Assembly: GCA_963766175.1 (NCBI GenBank)
Contig: CAVXZE010000002.1
Coordinates: forward strand, 204,480-268,479
DNA length: 64,000 bases
Reading direction: 5' to 3'
From: an uncultured delta proteobacterium
GTDB lineage: Bacteria; Myxococcota_A; UBA9160; UBA6930
The notes beneath the pieces are model-generated. The model did not search any database. It was not told the origin of the DNA and was given only the letters and a program-made list of their open reading frames with translations. The position numbers and the translations under genes are program-made. Shown piece after piece: positions 38,385 through 46,886 of this stretch; position 1 is the first letter of the stretch, and the number at the start of each line of letters is the position of its first letter.

Positions 38385-41036
38385 TCAACTCCGCTCGCAC
38401 TTCCGCAGCAGTCTCTCGAGGCCCTCGACCACGTCGTGCAAGGTCTCGAAGGGCTCATAGGCCACACCCTGTCGAGCGAGCTCCTCGGCCAGTGAGTCCT
38501 TGGCGAAGACCACGTCGGCGGCGTGGGAGGCGCAGAGGTCCGAGACCCGACCGTTTCCGATGTGAACCACCACCGCACCGTGATGGACGCTGCGAAACTC
38601 ACGGATCCGACCCTGCTTGCAGGTCCCCGTGCCGCACTCGCAATCCGGATTCGGGTGACCGGGAGCGATGCGCCATGCGCCGTTTTCGTACCAGAGCCGG
38701 TTGGCGTCATAGGCGAAGCGCACGCCGTGGAGATCCTGGAGACGATCCAGGTTGCGGTCGAATCCGTCCGAGAGGATCCGGAAGGGAACCGCACTCTCCT
38801 CGCACCATGCGACCAGGCGGTGGGCTCCGGGATCCGGCTCGACCGTCCGCAGGAAGGCGTCGAGCTTCTCCTCGGAAACCGGCAGGCCGTCGAGGAGCTC
38901 CATGTTGTACGACCATGCGGTGAACTCGCCCTTGCGAAGGCGCTCCCAGAGCGCGTCCCTGCGCTCGCCGGCGTACCGCCTCGCCAGTGTCGCGCCTACG
39001 TCCTGCAGAGCGAAGGTCCCGTCGTAGTCACAGAAGACGGCGAGGAGCGGGTTTCGGTGCACCCGGAGCAACGCACTCTGGTGGGCGGCGAGGTCGAAGC
39101 GCGGACGGCCCTCCTCGACTCCCGATCGGGGTGCGGGGGTGCCGAGCAGTGCCACCGGCGGAAGCCCCGTCGGCGGGAGACCGATCGCCGCGAGATCGAG
39201 TTCCAGCTCGCGGGGATCATCCCGAGCGTTCAGCCCCGCGACGAGCGCACCCGAAGCCGTGTGTCCTGCCATTCCTGCAGCGAGCTCACCGCCGAGAAGA
39301 TCGATGGACCGCCCGGTACCTCGGGCGCCCCCCGCGTCGACCTCGCGGGCCAGGGTGATGGTGTCGCGGAGCAGCGCCCGGTCGCTCGGAGAGAGCAGCG
39401 AAACGTCATCAGAGAAGATCAGCATGCCGCCGGTGGCCGCGATGCTGGCCGCCAGGGTGGTGATCTCCGCCGCTGTCAGCTCGGTCTCACGGGTCCGGGC
39501 CATCAGGCAGTCGGGATCGTTCAGCCAGAGGCGGCGGTGCATCCAGGTCCGCGAGAGGATGTTGCGCACCGCGTTGCGGGTCGAGGGAGCGGTGGGTTCG
39601 AGACCGGGAATGGCACTCCTCTCGTCGGGAAGCCAGGCGGGCGCCACGTCCGGGCCGATGCGCATGCCGTCCACCGCACCCACGGCGGCACCCATGGGAC
39701 AGCCGCAACCGAGGAGAAAGGCGTCCGGGCCAGCACCGGCGCGCACCGCATCGAGCCCCCGCCGCAGCCGCTGCGCCCGGGTCAGGTGGGGATCTCGAGC
39801 GTCGGCCTGCATGGCGACGGCGTAGAGGAAATCGAGCTTCAGGTAGGTGAAACCCAGCCCCACCAGCGCGGCGAATGTCCGCGTGAGGTGGGCGCACACC
39901 TCCTCCTGCGAGGTGTCGAGGACGTAGACCCAGCCCTGCTTCGACCACTCGGGATGCAGAAGACCCCGGTGCAGGTTCGGACCGTTTCGCAGCAACCAGT
40001 CGCTGTGGCCATCGTAGAGGCGACTCTCCGCAGTCACGCAGAAGGGAGCCGTCCAGATGCCGGGGCGGAAGCCGGCGTCTCGGATCGCCGAAGCAAGCGG
40101 AGCGATGCCGCGGGGAAACCGCTGGTTGGTTTCGAGCCAATCGCCGATGGCGCGCTGGTAGCCATCGTCGAGCTGCACGACGTCGACCGGGATCTGCTCG
40201 CGACTCGCCGCCAGCGCTTCCAGGTTGCGGAGCAGACCCTCCTCCGTGATCCCGTGGAAGAACTGGTACCAGCTGCACCAGCCGGTCTGGAAGGGACTCC
40301 CGGTGCGCGCCGCCGCCACTTCGCCGAGTTGATTGGCGTATTCTTCGAGAAGCCGGTTCGGGTCGTCGCCCAGCGCTACCCGGATCCGCTCGACGGGGCG
40401 CTCCTCTCCGGCAGCGACCGGAACCTCGAAACGAACCTCCACCTCCACCCGCACCCCGTCGCGGTCGGGCTTCAGGTAGACGAGTCCGGTTCCGACACCG
40501 GCTTCCAGCACGCCAGCCAGACAGGCAGCTCTCGAAGGCGACGCTCCGACCACCGAGACCAGGTCCGACTCGTGCCATCCGGCGCGGTCCGGAGGTGGAG
40601 AGCCGACACCGTGGTGGATGCCGCGCAGCCAGGGACCGGAGGGAAACCCGGGCTCGCCCGCGGCGTCCAGGGGCCGCGCCCCGGTGAACGACCAGGACTG
40701 CCAGCCGTGGCGTAGGAAGCGAAGGGCTCCCGTCTCGATCTGCGTCCAGCGGAACCCCAGCACCACCGACTCCAGGTGGAGCGGAACTTCGGCGAGGTTG
40801 CGAACCAGGAGATCGTAGCTCGCGACGTCGCCCGCAGCGTCGAGAGAAACCGTCAGCTGGAATGGACCGAGACGCTGGACGCCCGGCTTCAGGGCTCCCT
40901 CGACGAAACTGATGGGTTCGATCACACCTTCGTCGCTACGCTCCGGAAAGGCGGACTCGGCGTAGCGCACGCCCAGGCGAACCACCTCCAGACGTCCCCC
41001 GCCTTCCAGACGCGCGACCGTTGAGCTGCGAGACAT
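38385..41036 (-). CDS. Fusion protein: GH36-type alpha-galactosidase plus C-terminal MtnX-like HAD-IB phosphatase
   Basis: 883 aa from ATG 41036, a single uninterrupted frame. GH-D clan motifs: GWCSWYQFF, nucleophile context FTYLKLDF, acid/base context WLNDPDCLM. The C-terminal ~220 aa carries HAD motifs: motif I FCDYDGTF, SDGF, GNGRVSD, and the MtnX-like CECGTGTCK. Confidence 0.75.
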   Translation of the reverse strand: MSRSSTVARLEGGGRLEVVRLGVRYAESAFPERSDEGVIEPISFVEGALKPGVQRLGPFQLTVSLDAAGDVASYDLLVRNLAEVPLHLESVVLGFRWTQIETGALRFLRHGWQSWSFTGARPLDAAGEPGFPSGPWLRGIHHGVGSPPPDRAGWHESDLVSVVGASPSRAACLAGVLEAGVGTGLVYLKPDRDGVRVEVEVRFEVPVAAGEERPVERIRVALGDDPNRLLEEYANQLGEVAAARTGSPFQTGWCSWYQFFHGITEEGLLRNLEALAASREQIPVDVVQLDDGYQRAIGDWLETNQRFPRGIAPLASAIRDAGFRPGIWTAPFCVTAESRLYDGHSDWLLRNGPNLHRGLLHPEWSKQGWVYVLDTSQEEVCAHLTRTFAALVGLGFTYLKLDFLYAVAMQADARDPHLTRAQRLRRGLDAVRAGAGPDAFLLGCGCPMGAAVGAVDGMRIGPDVAPAWLPDERSAIPGLEPTAPSTRNAVRNILSRTWMHRRLWLNDPDCLMARTRETELTAAEITTLAASIAATGGMLIFSDDVSLLSPSDRALLRDTITLAREVDAGGARGTGRSIDLLGGELAAGMAGHTASGALVAGLNARDDPRELELDLAAIGLPPTGLPPVALLGTPAPRSGVEEGRPRFDLAAHQSALLRVHRNPLLAVFCDYDGTFALQDVGATLARRYAGERRDALWERLRKGEFTAWSYNMELLDGLPVSEEKLDAFLRTVEPDPGAHRLVAWCEESAVPFRILSDGFDRNLDRLQDLHGVRFAYDANRLWYENGAWRIAPGHPNPDCECGTGTCKQGRIREFRSVHHGAVVVHIGNGRVSDLCASHAADVVFAKDSLAEELARQGVAYEPFETLHDVVEGLERLLRKCERS

Positions 41037-41058
41037 CGAAGCGGAGTATAACGGGACT
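41037..41058. promoter_or_regulatory. 22-bp divergent spacer with one AT-rich box usable as a -10 on both strands
   Basis: Plus strand: cgaagcggagTATAACgggact-ATG (6 nt to 41059). Minus strand: TATACT-ccgcttcg-ATG (8 nt to 41036). There is no room for a Shine-Dalgarno sequence or a 5' UTR. Confidence 0.45.
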
Positions 41059-42006
41059 ATGACCAGCTCCGAGAAGAGGCTGCGCGAGCGATTGGCGGCG
41101 GGCCCTCCGCTGGTTCTGGACGGCGCCACCGGAACCGAGCTCGAGCGGCTCGGGATCCCCTCGGAGCTTCCCCTCTGGTCGGCCCGGGGCGTGATCGAGG
41201 CCCCGGAGACAGTGCTCGCGATTCATCGAGCCTACCTGGCGGCGGGCGCGCAGGCGCTCACCGCGAACACCTTCCGAACCCAGCGCCGCACTCTCGATCA
41301 TGTGGGCCAGGGACACCGAGCCGGAGAGCTCACCGCTCGGGCGGTGGCACTCGCTCGCGAGGCCGCCTCGGAGAGCGGCAGCTTCGTCCTGGGCTCGGCG
41401 CCGCCCCTGGAGGACTGCTTCCGCCCGGAGCGGGTTCCCGGCGACGCGATCCTGGCGCGCGAGCACGGAGAGCACGTGCGACACCTGGTGGAGGCGGGAG
41501 CCGACGCGATCCTCGTCGAGACCATCAATACGATTCGGGAAGCGGTCGCCGCCGTTCGAGCCGCATGCGAGTGCGGGGCTCCGGTACTCGCCAGCTTCGT
41601 CGCACGGCGCGACGCGCGCCTGCTCTCCGGCGAGCCCCTCGACGAAGCCATCGACGCCGTCGCCCGGTTCGGTCCCCTCGCCGTCGGAGTGAACTGCCTG
41701 CCGCCGGAGTCCGTTCCAGCTTGCCTCGTTATCCTGCGGCGCGCCGATCTACCGTTTCTCGTGTACGCCAATCTGATCGGTTCCGGCGAGCAGCGCTCGC
41801 CACGGGAGTACGCGCGTCTTGCGCGGGGCTGGATCGAGGCCGGTGCGAGAATCGTCGGTGGCTGCTGCGGGACCGGACCCGAACACATTCGCGCCCTCTC
41901 CGGCTGCGCCGACGCAAATTGTGTCACCGGCACCGGATCCACTGCGCACGAATTGCCAGCGCGCGAAGAGGCAGAGGCCGGCGACCCCACAAAATCGGGT
42001 AGTTAG
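41059..42006 (+). CDS. Homocysteine S-methyltransferase family protein
   Basis: 315 aa. LVLDGATGTELERLG, and zinc-ligand cysteines in VGVNC and IVGGCCGTGPEHI. Confidence 0.8.
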   Translation: MTSSEKRLRERLAAGPPLVLDGATGTELERLGIPSELPLWSARGVIEAPETVLAIHRAYLAAGAQALTANTFRTQRRTLDHVGQGHRAGELTARAVALAREAASESGSFVLGSAPPLEDCFRPERVPGDAILAREHGEHVRHLVEAGADAILVETINTIREAVAAVRAACECGAPVLASFVARRDARLLSGEPLDEAIDAVARFGPLAVGVNCLPPESVPACLVILRRADLPFLVYANLIGSGEQRSPREYARLARGWIEAGARIVGGCCGTGPEHIRALSGCADANCVTGTGSTAHELPAREEAEAGDPTKSGS

Positions 42007-42180
42007 CGAAGTTCCGCCGGGGACGCCGGCCTGGCACGGGCCTTGCTGTATCCAAGGCTGCAAGCAAAAGCGCCTCTCAGCGCCCGGACTGGCTACCCCT
42101 CCCCTTGCGCATCTGCGCGAGGAGTCAGCCCGGGCGCTTCGCTTTTCTCGAGACTCGCCGGGCCACTCACCCGCCGTCTC

Positions 42181-42222
42181 TCGGCGCCAGAGCTCAGCGA
42201 GCGGATGAGAAATGCAGGCTAG
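42181..42222 (-). repeat. Copy of the CTAG-terminated intergenic repeat (also in promoter position for the GH20 gene)
   Basis: Reverse complement from 42222: ctagcctgcatttctcatccgctcgctgagctctggcgccga. On the plus strand its tip forms TAGACT (42220-42225), 7 nt upstream of ATG 42233. Confidence 0.7.
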
Positions 42223-42232
42223 ACTCCCCGCC

Positions 42233-44176
42233 ATGACGCCTCTGCTGCCGACTCCCGCGAGCCTTCGCGCCGGCGCGGGATTCTTTGCACTCCGCGACGG
42301 TTTGCCGCTGGTGCTGACGCCCGGCGCTGCGGATCCGGATTTCACCGCCGCACGCGCCCTTCGCGACTCGCTTCAACGCGTCTGCGGCCTGGAGCTGAGG
42401 ATCGAGGGACATGCCCACACCCGCGGGCTGGGACCGCGGATCGAGCTTCGGCGGGAAGGGGACGAGGGAGAGGCCTATCGGATTCGTGTAACACCCGATT
42501 GCGTCGAGGCGGTCGGCGCCGGACCCGCCGGCCTTCGCTACGCGGTCGAGACCCTCGCCCAGCTGGTCAGTCCGAGTGGCCGCATCCCGGCCTGCGAGAT
42601 CGAGGACGCGCCGGATTTCCAGCTCCGGGGACTGATGCTCGACGTCTCCCGCGGCAAGGTCCCGACTCCGGAAAGCCTGAAGCAGGTGATCGATCTCTGC
42701 GTACGACTCAAGCTGAACGTGTTGATGCTCTACACCGAGCACACCTTCCGCTTTCGGCGTCATCCCGAGATCGGCGCCGACGCCTCTCCCCTGGATGCCG
42801 AGACGATGAGAGAGCTGGATGCCTACGCGGCGGAGCGCCACGTCGACCTGATCCCCACGCTCCAGTCCCTTGGCCACATGGGCCACATCCTCAAGCACGC
42901 CGCCTACGCCGAGCTCGACGAGTCCGAGCTCGGCTGGACCCTCTCCCCGGCCGAGCCCGGCACCTACCAGCTGCTCCGCGACCTCTACGACGAGTATCTC
43001 CCCAATTTTCGCTCGCCTTTCTTCAACGCCAACTGCGACGAGCCCTGGGATCTATGCACCGGGAAGTCGAAGCAACGCGGAGAACAGGTCGGGCGGGGTG
43101 GCGTCTTCCTGGAGCACGTGCGCCGGGTCCGCGATCTCGCCGCCGAGCACGGCAAGCGCACCATGGTCTGGGGGGACGTGATTCATCGCCATCCGGAGCT
43201 GGTCCCGGAGATCGACCGCGACCTGGTCCTGCTCGACTGGGGGTACGAGGCCGAGCACGACTACGACAGGGTGAAGGCCTTCCAGCAGAATGGGATCGAC
43301 TTTCTGGTCTGCCCGGGAACCTCCACCTGGAACTGCCTCTTCCCCCGGCTCCAGAACAGCATCGACAACATCGCGCGCTGGGCCGACGCGGGGAGACGCC
43401 ACGGCGCCCTCGGCGTGATCTGCACCGACTGGGGGGACTTCGGGCACTACAACCTTCAGGGAGGTTGCTGGCTCGCCTTCGCGTGGACCGCCCAGCAGGC
43501 CTGGTCCGGGGAGACGGACGCCAGGAGCTTCGATCGCGCCTTCGGCCGGCTGCTCTTCGGCGAAACGCGCGGGGCGGCGGCCGGCTGCTACCGCGCGCTC
43601 GGTGCCGTCCACGACGCGGGCTTCCCGGTGGGCAACGGATCGGCGCTCCAGTTCCTCTTCTTCGACGATCTCGACCGGGCCTTCTTTCTACAGCAGGCGA
43701 AGCCAGCGGCACTGCGCCGCAGCCTCCGGCGGCTGGAGCGATGCAAGCTGCGTCTCCGCAATGCGGCGGATGCCTTCGCGCGCGACACCCTCACTTACGA
43801 CGAACTGCTCTACGCCACCGAGGCATCGCTCTTCACGGTGCACAAGACGCTCGCAGCCGGTGAGTGGCTCGCCTGGCGCAGGAAGCCAGAGCGGCTCGAC
43901 GCACCTGGCAGGCGGCGCCTGGCCCGATCCCTCGAGCTCCTGGCCAAGGAGCAGAGGTATCTCGGAAAGAGGCTCGCGCGGCTCTGGCTGGCGCGAAGCC
44001 GACCCTCCAACTTCGAGATCAACAAGCGGCGGCTCGCGTCGTCACAGCAGAGCCTGCGGCGGGCGGCGCGGGCATTGCAGCGAAACGCGGCGCCCCCTCC
44101 GGCGCCGGATCCCGCCGAGATCGGAATTCGCACCATCTACCTCGAGCTCCGCGACCTCACCGAGGGGCGCGCCTGA
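42233..44176 (+). CDS. Glycoside hydrolase family 20-like (beta-N-acetylhexosaminidase family) protein
   Basis: 647 aa from ATG 42233 (alternative ATG at 42212, inside the repeat). RGLMLDVSRGKVP, LNVLMLYTEH, and a D-E pair in FNANCDEPWD. The C-terminal ~200 aa is helical and of unknown function. Confidence 0.65.
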   Translation: MTPLLPTPASLRAGAGFFALRDGLPLVLTPGAADPDFTAARALRDSLQRVCGLELRIEGHAHTRGLGPRIELRREGDEGEAYRIRVTPDCVEAVGAGPAGLRYAVETLAQLVSPSGRIPACEIEDAPDFQLRGLMLDVSRGKVPTPESLKQVIDLCVRLKLNVLMLYTEHTFRFRRHPEIGADASPLDAETMRELDAYAAERHVDLIPTLQSLGHMGHILKHAAYAELDESELGWTLSPAEPGTYQLLRDLYDEYLPNFRSPFFNANCDEPWDLCTGKSKQRGEQVGRGGVFLEHVRRVRDLAAEHGKRTMVWGDVIHRHPELVPEIDRDLVLLDWGYEAEHDYDRVKAFQQNGIDFLVCPGTSTWNCLFPRLQNSIDNIARWADAGRRHGALGVICTDWGDFGHYNLQGGCWLAFAWTAQQAWSGETDARSFDRAFGRLLFGETRGAAAGCYRALGAVHDAGFPVGNGSALQFLFFDDLDRAFFLQQAKPAALRRSLRRLERCKLRLRNAADAFARDTLTYDELLYATEASLFTVHKTLAAGEWLAWRRKPERLDAPGRRRLARSLELLAKEQRYLGKRLARLWLARSRPSNFEINKRRLASSQQSLRRAARALQRNAAPPPAPDPAEIGIRTIYLELRDLTEGRA

Positions 44177-44179
44177 GGT

Positions 44180-45508
44180 TCAGGAGCGGCAGTCGTCCAG
44201 CAGCACGCGCCGCGCGATTCCGGCGAGGTACACGGAGCCCGCGGCGCAGAGCAGATCCTCCGGTCCCAGCCCCTCGCGCGCCACGCGAACCGCCAACTGC
44301 GGATCCTCCACCACCCGTGGCGTGAGCTCCGCCGCGACGCTGCGCACCGCCGCAGCCACCTCCTCGGGCTCGAGCGAACGAACCGGCTCCGCGCGCGTGA
44401 TGGTCAGCTGATCGGCAAAGGGAACCAGACTTCGACAGATCGCCGCCAGATCCTTGCCTGCGGAGACGGAGAGCACGAGGTGGCCGCGACGCCGTGGAAT
44501 GCGGGCGAGGGTGCGCGCCAGCGCCGCCGCCGAGGCGGCTGTATGGGCCGAATCCACCACCAGCCAGGGCCGGCGAGAGAGAAACTCGATCCGCGCGGGA
44601 AGCGAGGCGGTGGCAAAGGCTCGCCCGGCGGCGGCACCGAGCGCCCGCTCCGGAATCGCCCCGAGACGCCGCACGCAGGCGAGAGCCAGCGCCGCGTTGC
44701 GCGCCTGGTGGGCGCCGGCTACGGCGAGCCGCGCCTCGAAGACGAGGGAACCGTCCCGAAAACGGATCTGCTGAGCGTGGAGATCCTCTTCCAGGATCTC
44801 GGCGTCGAACTCGCTCCCGTATCGGGCCAGAGCACAGTCGAGCCGCCCGGCGCGCTCCTCGACCACCGCCGCCGCCTCGGCCGGCAGAGCCCCCATGACG
44901 AGGGGAACCCCGGATTTGGCGATGCCGGCCTTCTCACCGGCGATTGCCGCCAGGCTCGTGCCCAGCTTCTCGGTGTGCTCGAGCTCGATGCTCGTCACGC
45001 AGGCCACCGCAGGAGTCACGATGTTCGTCGAGTCCAGGCGCCCACCCAGCCCCACCTCCAACACCGCGTGATCGACCCCGGCCTCTGCGAAGAGAGCCAG
45101 CGCCGCCGCCGTGGTGGCATCGAAGAAGCTGGGGGAGTCTTCGGGCCGCTCTTCTCGGAGCGCGTCGACCTCGGGCCTGAGTCGCTCCACGACCTCGGCA
45201 AGCTTCTCTCCCGCCACCTCTTCTCCGTCGATCCGGAACCGCTCGGTCCACGACTCCAGATGGGGTGAGGTGAAGGTGCCGACCCGCAGCCCATGGGCAC
45301 GCAGGATCCCCTCGGCGAGCAGTGCCGTCGATCCCTTTCCCTTGGATCCGGCGATATGGAGTACCGAGAGCCCCGCCTGGGGGAGACCGAGTCGCTCGAG
45401 CAGGCATCGGATCGGCTCGAGGGAGAGGCGGGCCCGGCGGTAGTCCGGTGATCTCTCGACGTTGATGAGTCCTGCGAGGTAGGCCGCCGCCTCGTCGAGA
45501 GTCGCCAT
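44180..45508 (-). CDS. folC: Bifunctional folylpolyglutamate synthase / dihydrofolate synthase
   Basis: 442 aa. P-loop HIAGSKGKGST, FTSPHL, and the Mur-ligase fold pattern. Confidence 0.85.
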   Translation of the reverse strand: MATLDEAAAYLAGLINVERSPDYRRARLSLEPIRCLLERLGLPQAGLSVLHIAGSKGKGSTALLAEGILRAHGLRVGTFTSPHLESWTERFRIDGEEVAGEKLAEVVERLRPEVDALREERPEDSPSFFDATTAAALALFAEAGVDHAVLEVGLGGRLDSTNIVTPAVACVTSIELEHTEKLGTSLAAIAGEKAGIAKSGVPLVMGALPAEAAAVVEERAGRLDCALARYGSEFDAEILEEDLHAQQIRFRDGSLVFEARLAVAGAHQARNAALALACVRRLGAIPERALGAAAGRAFATASLPARIEFLSRRPWLVVDSAHTAASAAALARTLARIPRRRGHLVLSVSAGKDLAAICRSLVPFADQLTITRAEPVRSLEPEEVAAAVRSVAAELTPRVVEDPQLAVRVAREGLGPEDLLCAAGSVYLAGIARRVLLDDCRS

Positions 45509-45544
45509 CAGAATCCGCCTTCCCGAACTCGCGCGCCCAGCCTA

Positions 45545-45581
45545 CCCAAAGAGAGCGAGGCGACCAGGGGTGGTCGCCTCG
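45545..45581 (-). terminator. Rho-independent terminator after the NRDE/zinc-ribbon operon
   Basis: Minus strand: GCGAGGCGACCA-cccc-TGGTCGCCTCGC, a perfect 12-bp stem (45554-45581), followed by tctcttt. Confidence 0.7.
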
Positions 45582-45604
45582 CGGATTGCCCTCTGGTCCC
45601 CGGG

Positions 45605-45931
45605 CTATTGGACCATGTACTTCTTCCACTGGCGGTAGTTCTTCACCGCCGCACTGGTCCCTTCGGCGGCCGGGTAGTAGAACCGGACCGCGTGCCCACA
45701 GGACTCGCAGATCTTGTAGCAGAACTTGAAACCGTCCACTTCGCGCACACTTCCCACCGTGACCCGGTTCTCGTCGGTGCAGCAACGGGAGGCCTTGGGC
45801 GGCGAGATGATCTTCTTCGGATAGTCGTTGAGCGGTTTCTCCTCATCGGTGTAGCGAATGATGTTGCGAATCAGTCGGTTGCTTCTCTGGTCCGCGTTCT
45901 GCTTTCGAATGTTGCTACCGATTCGTCTCAA
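45605..45931 (-). CDS. Small Cys-rich (zinc-ribbon-like) protein, unknown function
   Basis: 108 aa with a TTG start overlapping the NRDE stop (TTGA). Cys pattern CC...FCYKICESCGH. Lys/Asn/Tyr-rich. Hand counts gave about 57% GC, clearly below the surroundings. The codon pattern looks genuine. Confidence 0.5.
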   Translation of the reverse strand: MRRIGSNIRKQNADQRSNRLIRNIIRYTDEEKPLNDYPKKIISPPKASRCCTDENRVTVGSVREVDGFKFCYKICESCGHAVRFYYPAAEGTSAAVKNYRQWKKYMVQ

Positions 45932-46716
45932 ATTGCCTTCCTTTTCGGAGTCCCTGCATCGACGCCGGCTCGAAGATCCAGCTCGGACAGGAACGGGGTC
46001 AAATCTTCATACGCGGCCTGGCACGGGGCGCCTTCCGCGTGTCGGAACTCGTTTCGGGAAGCGTCGGGCCCCAGCCGCAGCAAGGTGCTGCTCCGGGTCC
46101 CGTACCCACCCGCGTGGATACAGGTATCGTCGAGGGGACCGCGTTCTCCGTCTCCCTCGTGAGTCCTGCAAACCTCCGCCAGCGCGCCGAGAGCCCCGTC
46201 CACTTCGCCCTCGGCGATCCTCTCTGCCCGCACCAGCAGCCGCGCGATCTTGGGAACACTCCGGTCGTTCGGATCCGCGTTCCCTATCACGTATGGCCCT
46301 GGCTCGAGCCTGGTGACGCGCAATTTGCCCTGGTAGGTGGCCGCGAACGCCGCATCTCCATCGGAGACGAAGAAGTTGAACGGGTTGTAGGCCCTCTCCG
46401 GCAAGGTCCCGAGGGCCGCGATCACATCCGGCGCAGACCCCTCGCTGAGGGCCTCGAAGACCACCAGGCCCCGGGATCGGAACGAGAGATCGGGGGTCTT
46501 GCAGGGGCGGTTGGTGAGCGCCGCAAACAGGCCCGCGTCGTTCAGTCCCAGCCAGGTTCCCCCGGCCTGAAGATCCCGCGGGGCGAGCACTCTGCGATTC
46601 CCTGACCTGCGCAGGGCCGGCCTCTCCGCAGGCCGATCCAGGTACTCGTCGCGATTCGCGGCGAGGACGAGCGGCGCCTCTGAAAAGCAGCGATGGAGAA
46701 CGATCAGTGTGCACAT
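45928..46716 (-). CDS. NRDE-family (TANGO2/DUF833-like) protein
   Basis: 262 aa from ATG 46716. N-terminal nucleophile-type MCTLIVL and the eponymous LAANRDEYLDRP motif. Confidence 0.8.
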   Translation of the reverse strand: MCTLIVLHRCFSEAPLVLAANRDEYLDRPAERPALRRSGNRRVLAPRDLQAGGTWLGLNDAGLFAALTNRPCKTPDLSFRSRGLVVFEALSEGSAPDVIAALGTLPERAYNPFNFFVSDGDAAFAATYQGKLRVTRLEPGPYVIGNADPNDRSVPKIARLLVRAERIAEGEVDGALGALAEVCRTHEGDGERGPLDDTCIHAGGYGTRSSTLLRLGPDASRNEFRHAEGAPCQAAYEDLTPFLSELDLRAGVDAGTPKRKAI

Positions 46717-46763
46717 CGCGCAACGGGTATTTGCGCCCAGCCAGCAACAGGCGCCACTTAGAA

Positions 46764-46782
46764 GGTAACTTCTCAAGTTACC
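46764..46782. promoter_or_regulatory. Perfect AT-rich palindrome, candidate operator upstream of the NRDE operon
   Basis: GGTAACTT-ctc-AAGTTACC, ~50 nt upstream of ATG 46716. A second inverted repeat, GCGCAA-atacccg-TTGCGC, abuts the start codon. Confidence 0.4.
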
Positions 46783-46886
46783 ACGGTTTCCCGCGGGGAG
46801 CAACTCCTGAGTCAGCTCCGGGGCCGAAAAAAAAATGGGTATGCGACGGACCCTGCTGCGTGGGCGGGCTCGGCGGGAGCCGCGGG

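Noticed and set aside
41037-41058. SAM or methionine riboswitch upstream of the homocysteine methyltransferase gene
   Set aside because: Only 22 nt separate it from the divergent gene, so there is no space for an aptamer.
46827-46855. A9/T9 run as the intrinsic terminator of the patatin gene, or as a phase-variation tract
   Set aside because: It is intergenic, so it cannot act as a frameshift switch. On the minus strand the T9 is preceded only by a 4-bp stem (gggt/accc), which is too weak to call a terminator. It is noted under the NRDE finding instead.
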